Positions 27,476-36,733 of a DNA stretch of 64,000 nt are shown here, one piece after another (position 1 is the stretch's first letter; each line of letters starts with the position of its first letter). The translations under genes were made by a program, and so were the position numbers. The notes beneath the pieces were generated by a model. That model saw nothing but the letters and a program-made list of their open reading frames with translations, was not told the DNA's origin and ran no database searches. The stretch covers positions 29,110 to 93,109 of the forward strand of contig QHWT01000072.1 of assembly GCA_003222675.1 (NCBI GenBank). The letters are read 5' to 3'. This stretch comes from Acidobacteriota bacterium. Lineage in GTDB: Bacteria; Acidobacteriota; Vicinamibacteria; Vicinamibacterales; 2-12-FULL-66-21.

Positions 27476-29410
27476 GTGGGGCCGCTCAGGCGCCGGAGCG
27501 AACGGCTGTTTCTGCCGGTCGTCGTGACGACCGGCATTGTCGCGATCCTCACCTCGCTCTATCGGCTTGCCATCGAGCCGGTCGATGAGCGTTGGTACGT
27601 CCTGGCGGCGCTAACGGTCCTCAGCGGCTCGGCGACGCTGCGGATTCCGGGCACATCCGTCAGTTTCTCCATCTCGGACAGCTTCACGATGGCGGCCGCG
27701 CTGCTCTTCGGCCCGGCCGCCGGCACCGTGACCGTGGCGATCGACAGCCTCGTGATCACGATGCGCCTTGCGCGGCAGCCGATTCCGATCAAGCGCGTGT
27801 GCTACAACGCGACGGCGCCGCCGCTGGCGATGTGGACGGCAGCGCAAGTGCTGCAGTGGTTCGCGGGCGCCGACGGAATTGCGCGGGCATCGCTGCCACA
27901 TCTGGTAGGCCCGCTCGCGCTGTTCGCCGCCATCTTCTTCCTGCTCAATACAGGGCTGATCGCAATTGCCATTGCGCTCGAACAACGCCTGAGCGCGGTG
28001 CACATCTGGCGCGAGCACTTCCTCTCGCTCTGGCTGACGTATTTCGGCGGCGCAACGGTCGCGGCGCAGCTTATCGTGCTGATGCAGCAGCGGCACGCGG
28101 ACCTGTCCGTGCTGCTGCTGCTCGCGCCGATCCCGTTGATCATCTATGCCACCTTCCGGCATGCGGTGGGGCGCATGGAGGACCGCGTCGGACATCTGGA
28201 TCAGGTGAACGGCATGTACTTGTCGACAATCGAGACGCTCGCGCAGGCAATCGATGCCAAGGACCAGGTGACGCACGGGCACATCAGGCGCGTGCAGAAG
28301 TTCGCGATGAAGCTGGCGCACGCGCTCGGGATCAGCGATCCCGGGCAACTGCGTGCGCTCGAGGCTGCGTCGTTGCTGCACGACGTCGGGAAGCTCGCGG
28401 TACCGGAGCACATTCTGAACAAGCCGAGCACACTGACGCCGATCGAGTTCGAGACGATGAAGCGGCATGCCGATATCGGCGCCGACATTCTGTCGTCGAT
28501 CCGCTTCCCCTATCCCGTCGTCCCCATCGTGCGCCATCACCACGAGAATTGGGATGGATCCGGATATCCCACCGGTCTTGCGGGAGAGGCGATCCCGATT
28601 GGCGCGCGAATTCTCGCGGTCGTCGATTGCTTTGACGCGGTGACGTCGGACCGGCCTTACCGCCAGCGGCTGTCCCAGCACGAAGCGATTCGAGTGCTTC
28701 AGGCGCGCAGCGGCACAGTCTACGATCCTCGGGTCGTGAAGACATTCCTCGAGATATTCGAGAGCATCCCGACCGAGTCCGAGACGACCGTCCCATCAGA
28801 GGCGCTTTCGAACATCACGCGCACCGCGCAGGACGAAAAACTGCGATCGGGTAGCCCGTATCACAGCGCCGAGATGCTCGCGGCGCTGTTCGATCTCGGA
28901 TTCAATGCGGCCAGCGCGTCGACACCGGCCGACGCGCTGTCGCGAATCCATCCGGTGCTTCAACGGATGATGCCGGCGGACGTCATTGCGGTGTATCTGT
29001 ACTCCGCGCAAGCGGACAACCTCGTAGCCACGTTCGTGAGTGGCGGGCACGCTGACGCGATCGCCGGCACGACGATTCAGTTGGGACAGCGCCTGACCGG
29101 CTGGGTGGCCGCCAACAAGCAGACGATTGTGAATTCCGACGCGGCCCTCGACCTCGGCAACCTCACCATGCACCTCGACCCGATGCCGCTCGCGTGCCTG
29201 AGCACGCCGATGTGCCAGGACGCCGATCTCGTAGGGGTCGTGACGATCTACTCGACCCGCCGGCAGCCCTTCACCGACGCTCACGTCCCTGTCGTCGAAG
29301 TGATCGCGCGCGGGCTGGCGAATCTGATTCCGCCATCAACGGTCGCCACGCCGCCAAAACCGCTGGCGGTTCGAATAGCAGACACGCCGCTGGGCATTCG
29401 CGTCCACTAG
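27476..29410 (+). CDS. membrane-anchored HD-GYP domain protein with C-terminal GAF-like domain
   Basis: A 644-aa ORF with an N-terminal multi-TM region. It contains the HD-GYP signatures LLHDVGKLAVPEHILNKP and HHENWDGSGYPTGL. Confidence 0.8.
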   Translation: MGPLRRRSERLFLPVVVTTGIVAILTSLYRLAIEPVDERWYVLAALTVLSGSATLRIPGTSVSFSISDSFTMAAALLFGPAAGTVTVAIDSLVITMRLARQPIPIKRVCYNATAPPLAMWTAAQVLQWFAGADGIARASLPHLVGPLALFAAIFFLLNTGLIAIAIALEQRLSAVHIWREHFLSLWLTYFGGATVAAQLIVLMQQRHADLSVLLLLAPIPLIIYATFRHAVGRMEDRVGHLDQVNGMYLSTIETLAQAIDAKDQVTHGHIRRVQKFAMKLAHALGISDPGQLRALEAASLLHDVGKLAVPEHILNKPSTLTPIEFETMKRHADIGADILSSIRFPYPVVPIVRHHHENWDGSGYPTGLAGEAIPIGARILAVVDCFDAVTSDRPYRQRLSQHEAIRVLQARSGTVYDPRVVKTFLEIFESIPTESETTVPSEALSNITRTAQDEKLRSGSPYHSAEMLAALFDLGFNAASASTPADALSRIHPVLQRMMPADVIAVYLYSAQADNLVATFVSGGHADAIAGTTIQLGQRLTGWVAANKQTIVNSDAALDLGNLTMHLDPMPLACLSTPMCQDADLVGVVTIYSTRRQPFTDAHVPVVEVIARGLANLIPPSTVATPPKPLAVRIADTPLGIRVH

Positions 29411-29466
29411 AGCAGGCTGCTGAAGAACACAGCATTTGCCATCGAGACGCGGCTCTTCCAGACCTG

Positions 29467-31104
29467 TCAGCGTCGCGCCTGCCGTTCTGCCGCCACCTGC
29501 GCCGCGGTGACGGCCGCCGCGCCTTCGCCGAAGACACGCCGGGCAAACGTCAGAATGTCCGCCGTGTCCGCATCGTTCAACGCCGCGGCGAATGGCGGCA
29601 TCTGGTTGGCGTACTTTGGACGATTTGCCGGCAGCACCTGCGCGGGCCCGTGCAGCACGACGCGGATGAGCGTTGCGGGATCTCCGGCGACGACCGCCGA
29701 TCCAACGAGCGGCGGCTGCATGCCGGAGACGCCGTTGCCATCAGGCATGTGACACGCCGCGCAAATCTGTTGATACAGCTGCGCGCCTCGCGATCGATCG
29801 TCTGGCGGGACGAAGTTGCCTGACGTCGACGCCGCCGCCCGCCGCGCCGCCGTGGTCGTCTCGCCGGTGTACATCACACGCCAGATGCGACCCTTCTCCG
29901 TATCGCTGATGTACAACGAGCCATCGGGGCCCACGGCGACACCCGCCGGCCTGAAGCGCGCATCGCCCGTGTTCACGAAGACGTCCTTGCCCGCAAAGCC
30001 GTCAGCGAAGGTCTCGTACGTCCCCAGAGGCATCCCCTTGGCATCGAACGGCACGAAGGCGACCTGATAGCCGGCCTGCGGGCGCGGCGCGCGATTCCAG
30101 GATCCATGAAATGCGACGAACGCACCGCCGCGATACTTCTCGGGAAATTGTGTGCCGTTGTAGAGGGTCATCTGGATGGGCGCCCAGTGCGCGGGGAAAG
30201 CAACCACCGGCTTGTCGTACGGATCCGGATCGACCCGCTTGAAGTTGTCGCCGCCGAATTCCGGGGCCACCATGTGCCCTTTCTTGAACGGATCCCAGTA
30301 CGAATACGGCCATCCGAGATTCGATCCCTCGTCGAGCATGTGCACCGGATCGACGACGTTCAGATTGTCGCGCCCCATCTGCACCATGAAGAAGTGCTTC
30401 GAGACGGGATTCCAGACGAGCGCGAGCGAGTGGCGATGGCCGGTCGAGAAGCGAGTGCCGTTCGCCTGCGTCTGATTCAGCGTGTTCGGATCGAATCGCC
30501 AGAAGCCGCCATATGTCTTCTGGAACTCCGTGGCATCCATCCCTTTGGCGCCAAGCTGGCGGTCCGGGTTGCTGTAGACGTTGTAGGGGGAGCCGATCTC
30601 CACCAGCATTCGTCCCACGTCATCGAACGCGAATGCTTTCGCATCGTGATCCTTTTCCGCCGGCAGATTCGAGACCACGGTCTGCATCGCCGTCGTGGGC
30701 ACGAGCTCGCCCGGTGTGTACTTGTAGCGATACACCGCGGTGCGGCTGGAGTGATACAGCCACCCGTCATGAAAGGCGATGTGCGTCCCGCCATCGCCGG
30801 GGCCGAACTCCTTGATCATGTCGGCGCGCCCATCGCCATCCGTATCGCGCAGCGCGAAGATGGCGCCCAATTTTCCCTTGGCGTAGATGTCGCCGCTCGG
30901 CGCGACCGCGATGCCCCGCAGGCGTTCGCCGGTGTTGCCCACCTTGCGGTTGACCACGAGGTTGTCGGCGACGACGAGCGCGCGAAAGCCGGGGGGAAGC
31001 GTGATCGCGCCGTCATCGGTATCGGGGGCGGGAAGCGATCGAGGCGCGACGGGACCCAGTAGAGCGATACTGAGCATCACGATCGGGAACAGCGGCTTCA
31101 TCAT
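29467..31104 (-). CDS. PQQ-dependent sugar (sorbosone/glucose) dehydrogenase-like beta-propeller with C-terminal cytochrome c domain
   Basis: A 545-aa ORF with a signal peptide. It shows LPPGFRALVVADNL and GPDGSLYISDTEKGRIWRV, plus the haem motif CAACHMPDG. Confidence 0.8.
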   Translation of the reverse strand: MMKPLFPIVMLSIALLGPVAPRSLPAPDTDDGAITLPPGFRALVVADNLVVNRKVGNTGERLRGIAVAPSGDIYAKGKLGAIFALRDTDGDGRADMIKEFGPGDGGTHIAFHDGWLYHSSRTAVYRYKYTPGELVPTTAMQTVVSNLPAEKDHDAKAFAFDDVGRMLVEIGSPYNVYSNPDRQLGAKGMDATEFQKTYGGFWRFDPNTLNQTQANGTRFSTGHRHSLALVWNPVSKHFFMVQMGRDNLNVVDPVHMLDEGSNLGWPYSYWDPFKKGHMVAPEFGGDNFKRVDPDPYDKPVVAFPAHWAPIQMTLYNGTQFPEKYRGGAFVAFHGSWNRAPRPQAGYQVAFVPFDAKGMPLGTYETFADGFAGKDVFVNTGDARFRPAGVAVGPDGSLYISDTEKGRIWRVMYTGETTTAARRAAASTSGNFVPPDDRSRGAQLYQQICAACHMPDGNGVSGMQPPLVGSAVVAGDPATLIRVVLHGPAQVLPANRPKYANQMPPFAAALNDADTADILTFARRVFGEGAAAVTAAQVAAERQARR

Positions 31105-31206
31105 GACCAGAGTATAGTTGCGCGATCGTGCGAGCGTCGAGTCGATCGACTTACGGCTTACGTTTCAAGAGACGCTGGAGCTATATCCGGTAGCGGGAGG
31201 ACGTGT

Positions 31207-32559
31207 ATGCGTTCCTGGATTGGCATGACGCTCGCGACGGCTCTTCTGGGAATGATGAGCGCGCGATCGGTGCTTCAGACTCCCGTCGTGCGCGCGGTGG
31301 ACGAGAAGGTTCTTCGTGAATACGCCGGCGTATATCGCTGGGAGCCGACCGCGGTCGTGTATCTGCAGATGTGGGAGGAATTCAGCGGATTCGGCAAACC
31401 GAAACTCGTTGCGTTCGATGAATCCGGCGAGGTCCGGACGCTGTATCCGACCGATCGCGATCAGTTCTTCGCCGGTCCTGGCGCCGCAGTACCCACCTCC
31501 GTCGAGTCGCGAATCGAGTTTCAGCGCGACGGCACCGGCAAGATCGCCTCGCTCACCTGGCGGCGCGAAGGTGCCGTTCCGCGTACCGCACGACGCGTGG
31601 AGATCGAAAAGCACGAAGACGTGCGCTTCCCGAATGGCGACATTCAGCTGGCCGGTACGCTCATCAACCCGGCGACGGGCGGGAAACATCCCGCGATCAT
31701 TCTCGTCCACGGGTCTGGCGCCGAGAATCGTGACTACATACTTCCGTGGGCGCGATTTCTGATCCGCCGCGGCGTGGCGGTGCTCGGGTACGACAAACGC
31801 GGTGTGGGCGGATCGACCGGAGACTGGAACACGGCGTCGTTCGACGATCTGGCCGGCGACGTGGTGGCGGCCTTCGAGTACTTGAAGACACGCGGCGACA
31901 TCGATCCCGCGCAGATCGGAGTGCTGGGCGTGAGCCAGGCGGGCTGGATCATGCCGCTCGCGGCCGTTCGCGCGAAAGATCTTGCCTTTCTGATTAGTAT
32001 CTCGGGCGCAGGCGTACCAGCGGCCGAGACAACGATCGATCAGGCGCAGAACGAAATGACGATGACCGGCATGCCCCGACAGGACGTCGAGCAGATCGTC
32101 GGCCTCATGAAGCTGGAGTACCACTTCGCGCGTACGGGCCAGGGGTGGGATGAGTACGCCGCCACCCGTGAGAAGCTCGCCGCTCGGATGGGACCCCCGC
32201 CCGATACCTTCCCGGGAACGCCCGACCATCCTTACTGGCAATTCATTCGGCGGTTGTACTTTTACGATCCTGCACCGACGCTCCGTCAGCTCAAGGCGCC
32301 AACCCTCGCGCTATGGGGCGAGTTGGACAACAACGTCATGGCAGAGAAGAACAAGGCCGCGTGGGAGGCTGCGTTGAAAGCGGGTGGCAACCGCGACTAC
32401 ACACTGCTGATCCTGCCGAAGGGGAATCACGAGCAGTTCGAAGCGAAGCTGGGAAGCAACGCGGAGATGCCGTCATTGCAGCGATTCGTGCCCGCTTACT
32501 TCACGACCGTCCAGGACTGGCTCGCGAAACGAATCCGAGGCTTCGGAGCCTCGAGTTAG
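31207..32559 (+). CDS. alpha/beta hydrolase (S9/dienelactone-hydrolase-like)
   Basis: A 450-aa ORF with VHGSGAENRDY, the nucleophile elbow GVSQAGW, and LWGELDNNV. Confidence 0.75.
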   Translation: MRSWIGMTLATALLGMMSARSVLQTPVVRAVDEKVLREYAGVYRWEPTAVVYLQMWEEFSGFGKPKLVAFDESGEVRTLYPTDRDQFFAGPGAAVPTSVESRIEFQRDGTGKIASLTWRREGAVPRTARRVEIEKHEDVRFPNGDIQLAGTLINPATGGKHPAIILVHGSGAENRDYILPWARFLIRRGVAVLGYDKRGVGGSTGDWNTASFDDLAGDVVAAFEYLKTRGDIDPAQIGVLGVSQAGWIMPLAAVRAKDLAFLISISGAGVPAAETTIDQAQNEMTMTGMPRQDVEQIVGLMKLEYHFARTGQGWDEYAATREKLAARMGPPPDTFPGTPDHPYWQFIRRLYFYDPAPTLRQLKAPTLALWGELDNNVMAEKNKAAWEAALKAGGNRDYTLLILPKGNHEQFEAKLGSNAEMPSLQRFVPAYFTTVQDWLAKRIRGFGASS

Positions 32560-32616
32560 TCGCATACCCCCGTGTGCCCATCAGCCTGCAAAGCGGCGTC
32601 GTATATTGGTACCGCG

Positions 32617-33018
32617 ATGAACGACCGAGAGCTGGTGCAGGCGTTCGAGAACGGCGTCGTGCCGCCAGGCGGTTTTCATCATGCGCAGCACGTGCGTGTC
32701 GCATGGTACTACCTGCGGCATCACCCGGTGCTCGAGGCTCTCGAGAGATTCCAGACGCGCCTGCGCGCGTTTGCGCAAGCGCAGAGCAAGCCGGACCTGT
32801 ATCACGAAACGATCACGACGGCGTTCGTACTTCTGATCAACGAGCGCCTTCACGAAAACGGCGCGCGCGACGAGGGCTGGGAGGCGTTCGCGGCGCGCAA
32901 CGCGGACCTCCTCACGTGGAAGCCATCCATCCTGCAGCGCTATTATCGCGACGAGACGCTGTGGTCCGATCGCGCGCGCCGCACCTTCGTCATGCCGGAT
33001 CGCCTCGACGGCAGCTAG
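32617..33018 (+). CDS. hypothetical protein
   Basis: This is the ORF 32572..33018 trimmed to the ATG at 32617 (MNDRELVQAFENGVVPPGGFHHAQHVRVAWYYL...). Third-position GC is coding-like and I recognise no domain. Confidence 0.55.
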   Translation: MNDRELVQAFENGVVPPGGFHHAQHVRVAWYYLRHHPVLEALERFQTRLRAFAQAQSKPDLYHETITTAFVLLINERLHENGARDEGWEAFAARNADLLTWKPSILQRYYRDETLWSDRARRTFVMPDRLDGS

Positions 33019-33206
33019 CAACGACACGATGTCAATGCCGAATGCCGAACGCACTCCACCCCTCGACAGCGCTGAACCTCGCATCGTAATTCTCGTTGCG
33101 AGCCGCGTCGCGCGAGTATATCGTTCCACGCGCGATGCTCGAGTCCGCGCGATATTTCGCTTCAAGTTGAGGGGATCGATCCTGGCCGCGGGTCGCGTGG
33201 CTATGG

Positions 33207-34892
33207 GTGTCTGCCCCGGGTCTTCGCCGGCTGCGATGGACGTTGGCCGCCTGGATCGTGGTGTTCTGGCGGCTCGGCTACGCGAGCCTTCTCGATCCCG
33301 ACGAAGCGCACTACGCGGAGCTGACGCGCGAGATGCTGCATGCGGGCAACTGGCTCGTGCCGCTGCTCGACGGTCGTCCCTTCATCGATAAACCCGTTCT
33401 CTTTCATTGGCTGCAGGGCGCGTCGGTCTGGCTGCTCGGCGAGACGGAGCTCGCCGCCCGGCTGCCGAGCGCGCTCGCCGCGCTCGCCCTTTTCACGGCG
33501 ACGCGCTGGGCGGGCATGACGCTGCTCGGTGCGGAAGCCGGTGAATGGGGCGCGATCATGTTCGCGACGATCCCCGCCACGTTCGCCCTGTCGAGCATCG
33601 CGCTCTTCGACATGGTGTTCACGGCGTTCCTCTTTGGTGGGATCGCGTGTCTTCTCGTCGGCGCGAAATGCGCGCGGCGCCGCAGCGAGATCGTGGGCTA
33701 CGCGCTCCTGACGCTCGCCGTGATGACGAAGGGCCCTGTCGCGCTGATCCTCGTCGGCGCATTTCTGGGTGCGGCCGCAGTGGCGGGTCGCGATACACGC
33801 GAGATCGTGCAGAGGCTGCGCTGGAAGACCGGTCTCGCCTCCGTGGTAGCGGCCGCATCGCCGTGGTTCGTGTGGATGTCGATCCACTTCGGAGACCAGT
33901 TCGTGCGCGGATATCTGCTCGCAGGGAATGTCTGGTATTTCACTCAGCCCGACGTCTTCTCAGGACGCGCGGTCAGTCACACGTTCTACGTTCGCGCCTT
34001 TGCCGGCGCATTCTTCCCGTGGAGCGCCGTGTTCGTCGGACGCGCCATGGATCTGGTGCGCAAGCCCGCGCGCGACGCGATGCCTACCGAGGAGAAGCTG
34101 CTCCTTCTCTGGGTTGCCGTCGTGATCGGCTTCTTCACCATGGCGCGGTTCAAGCTCGATCACTACATCTATCCTGCGGCGCCCGCGTGCTGTCTCATTG
34201 CGGCCGATGCCTGGCGGAGGGCGCTTGCTGACGCGGGATCATCGGCACGCTTCACGCGCATCAGCGTGCCCGTCGTCGCAGGCGTGATGATTGTCGCTGG
34301 CAGCTTCGGAAGCGTGTTCCTCTTCCAACTGAACCTGGAGCTTCCGGCGATCGCGATCCTTCTGCCGTTCGCGCTGCTCGCTGGCGGGATCGCGCTGATG
34401 ACACAATCCGCGCGACGTAATTGGGATGTGCCGTGCTCGCCCGCCATTCCGGTCACCACACTGGTGGCGGCGTACATCGTTGTCGTCGCAGTGGGATACC
34501 CGGTCCTCGAACACACGCGTCCGACGGCTGTCGTTGCGCGCGCGCTGCGCGAGACGACGTCGGCGAGCACGCCCGTCGGGATTTATCGGCTCGAGCGCTG
34601 GCGAGCGAGCCTGCGGTACTATCTGGAGCGTCCCGTCGAACGGCTGGAGAACCCGGACGAGTTGCGTGCGTACCTCTCGCAGCCGCGGGCCGTGTATGTC
34701 GTCCTGCTGAGAAAAGACTACGACGCGCTCCGCGCCGATGGAGTCCCGTTACACAGTGTCTATCGCAGGCGCGCCGTTGAAGGCACGGAAGGGAAAGGGC
34801 TCAGGCGACAACGCTGGGGATATCTCATCGTGGCCAGCAACGTGCCACGGCACCAGCATCCTCGGACTACCGTGTCTTATCGGCGTCCTTGA
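33207..34892 (+). CDS. GT39/ArnT-like glycosyltransferase (dolichyl-phosphate-mannose-protein mannosyltransferase family)
   Basis: A 561-aa polytopic membrane ORF. It has LLDPDEAHYAELTREMLHAGNWLVPLLDGRPFIDKPVLFHWLQ. Confidence 0.8.
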   Translation: MSAPGLRRLRWTLAAWIVVFWRLGYASLLDPDEAHYAELTREMLHAGNWLVPLLDGRPFIDKPVLFHWLQGASVWLLGETELAARLPSALAALALFTATRWAGMTLLGAEAGEWGAIMFATIPATFALSSIALFDMVFTAFLFGGIACLLVGAKCARRRSEIVGYALLTLAVMTKGPVALILVGAFLGAAAVAGRDTREIVQRLRWKTGLASVVAAASPWFVWMSIHFGDQFVRGYLLAGNVWYFTQPDVFSGRAVSHTFYVRAFAGAFFPWSAVFVGRAMDLVRKPARDAMPTEEKLLLLWVAVVIGFFTMARFKLDHYIYPAAPACCLIAADAWRRALADAGSSARFTRISVPVVAGVMIVAGSFGSVFLFQLNLELPAIAILLPFALLAGGIALMTQSARRNWDVPCSPAIPVTTLVAAYIVVVAVGYPVLEHTRPTAVVARALRETTSASTPVGIYRLERWRASLRYYLERPVERLENPDELRAYLSQPRAVYVVLLRKDYDALRADGVPLHSVYRRRAVEGTEGKGLRRQRWGYLIVASNVPRHQHPRTTVSYRRP

Positions 34893-35256
34893 CGACGAAC
34901 AGGAGTTCGCCGGGGCGCATCAAACCGAGCTCTTGGCGTGCGATCGATTCAATGGTGGCGGGATCTTCCTCCAGGCGGCGGATGTCGTCGCGCAACAGGG
35001 CGTTCTGCTGTCGAAGCACGGCGAGCGATGCAGCCACGTTCGCATACTGCCGGCGCGCCCGCATGGTCTCGATGAGCCCCTTGTCTCCCACCAGCGCATC
35101 CACGACCAGCACGACCGTCACCAGCGCAAGAATGTAATTGAGCAGCCGCCGGCGGATGGGTGAGGGCGGCACCACAGGCTGGACGCGGCGGCGCCTCAGC
35201 GGGGGCGGCGCCTGCGTCTTGACGGATTCCGTATTCGTAACGACAACCTGGGGCAT
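34867..35256 (-). CDS. ftsB: septum formation initiator (FtsB/DivIC family)
   Basis: This is the ORF 34867..35559 trimmed to MPQVVV at 35256. It has a single TM segment (LLNYILALVTVVLVV), then a coiled coil and ATIESIARQELGLMRPGE. Confidence 0.75.
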   Translation of the reverse strand: MPQVVVTNTESVKTQAPPPLRRRRVQPVVPPSPIRRRLLNYILALVTVVLVVDALVGDKGLIETMRARRQYANVAASLAVLRQQNALLRDDIRRLEEDPATIESIARQELGLMRPGELLFVVKDADKTR

Positions 35257-35325
35257 GGCGTGGGGCAACTTCCTTTGTACAATAGTTTCGTCTGTTTTGA
35301 CTCCCCTCATTAGCGATAAATCCGA

Positions 35326-35655
35326 ATGGCCGCAGAATATGTGCTCGTGATGACGACTCTCCCCGCCGACGCGAACGCGTCCGCGTTCGGCCGCGCTCTC
35401 GTCGAGGAGCGCCTGGCAGCCTGCGTGAACCTGCTGCCGCCCATGCAGTCGGTCTACCGGTGGGAAGGGCACGTCGAGCAGGAAGCGGAGCGTCAGATCA
35501 TCATCAAGACCACGCGCGATCGCACGCTGGCGCTGTGGGACCGTGTGCGGGAGCTCCATCCGTACGAAGTGCCGGAGTTCGTCGTCGTACCGATCGTTGA
35601 CGGCAATGACGCGTATCTGCGCTGGATCGGCGAGTCGACCCGCGACGCCAGATGA
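35326..35655 (+). CDS. cutA: divalent-cation tolerance protein CutA
   Basis: A 109-aa ORF with AACVNLLPPMQSVYRWEGHVEQEAE and HPYEVPEFVVVPI. Confidence 0.85.
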   Translation: MAAEYVLVMTTLPADANASAFGRALVEERLAACVNLLPPMQSVYRWEGHVEQEAERQIIIKTTRDRTLALWDRVRELHPYEVPEFVVVPIVDGNDAYLRWIGESTRDAR

Positions 35656-36320
35656 GCACCCTGATCGATTTTGTTCTTCACATCGACAAGCACCTCGCCG
35701 AGTTCGTCACCGCCTATGGCGCGTGGGTGTACGGACTGCTGTTCGGGATCGTGTTCGCTGAGACCGGCTTTGTGGTCACCCCGTTCCTGCCGGGAGATTC
35801 GCTGCTGTTCGCGGCCGGCGCTCTCGCGGCGAAAGGGATCCTGAATCCCTGGCTTGCGGGCGTGCTGCTCGCGTCCGCGGCATTCACCGGCAACACGGTG
35901 AATTACTCCGCAGGCCGCTACGTCGGTCCGCGAGCCTTCAGCGCGAGCGACGCGTCCGGACTGTCGCACAAGCTGCTCAACCGGGAGCATCTTCAGCGTG
36001 CGCACGCCTTTTTCGAGCAGTACGGCGGCAAAGCGGTGGTCTTTGGGAGGTTCGTTCCGATTGTGCGGACGTTCGTCCCCTTTGTCGCAGGGGCCGCGCA
36101 CATGTCCTGGTCGTCGTTTGTCTTCTACAACCTGATCGGCGCCATCGCGTGGGTGGCCCTGTGTGTTGGAGCGGGCTACGCGTTCGGCAACGTCCCGATT
36201 ATCAAGGACAACTTCTCCCTGGTCACGATCGGCATCGTGTTGGTGTCGATGCTGCCGATGATCGTCGAGCTCGTGCGCCACAGGAGAACATCGAGGCCGG
36301 GGCAGCCGCGCACGGAATAG
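35652..36320 (+). CDS. DedA-family (VTT domain) membrane protein
   Basis: A 222-aa ORF whose ATGA overlaps the cutA stop. It has FAETGFVVTPFLPGDSLLFAAG and GRFVPIVRTFVPFVAG. Confidence 0.85.
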   Translation: MSTLIDFVLHIDKHLAEFVTAYGAWVYGLLFGIVFAETGFVVTPFLPGDSLLFAAGALAAKGILNPWLAGVLLASAAFTGNTVNYSAGRYVGPRAFSASDASGLSHKLLNREHLQRAHAFFEQYGGKAVVFGRFVPIVRTFVPFVAGAAHMSWSSFVFYNLIGAIAWVALCVGAGYAFGNVPIIKDNFSLVTIGIVLVSMLPMIVELVRHRRTSRPGQPRTE

Positions 36321-36336
36321 TGGTTCGCTTGCCACG

Positions 36337-36678
36337 ACGAATCTCACGCAAAGGCGCAAAGGCGCGGAGAAACGCGACTGACATCGGTGCTCCCGAGCGC
36401 GGGGATCGCGTACACGACAGCCACTCGTCCACGTACGGCTCACGCAGAGAATACACTGCACCCGACGCGCGGACAATTGAAGAAACGGCCGCGCGACAAC
36501 GTTTGCTACGACACGAGTGCGCGAATACAAGCACGCGGTGTTGAGTGGCGTGCTTGTATTCGCAACTCGCGCGTCGTGCAGTGCCGGCCACAGGCCGGCC
36601 AGCGCAAACGTTGGCATCCGCGGCCTCCTCCGCGGCCTCCGCGCCTTGAGACAAGAATCAGCCTTTGCGTGAGATCGT
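36337..36678. repeat. 342-bp MITE/REP-like element bounded by imperfect terminal inverted repeats, with an internal 16-bp perfect hairpin
   Basis: The left end ACGAATCTCACGCAAAGGCGCAAAGGCGCGGAG (36337-36369) faces the right end CTCCGCGCCTTGAGACAAGAATCAGCCTTTGCGTGAGATCGT (36637-36678). The internal hairpin pairs GCGAATACAAGCACGC (36521-36536) with GCGTGCTTGTATTCGC (36548-36563). Confidence 0.6.
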
Positions 36679-36733
36679 CCGAGCGCCGGTCCTCAACGAG
36701 GAGCCGTTATCGATTCGCGACGTCCATCCGAGT

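Noticed and set aside
29370-29395. A GGTTCGAATAG motif resembling a tRNA T-arm.
   Set aside because: It lies inside the HD-GYP gene in a coding frame. No acceptor or anticodon stems can be drawn around it. I found no tRNA-like cloverleaf anywhere in the window.
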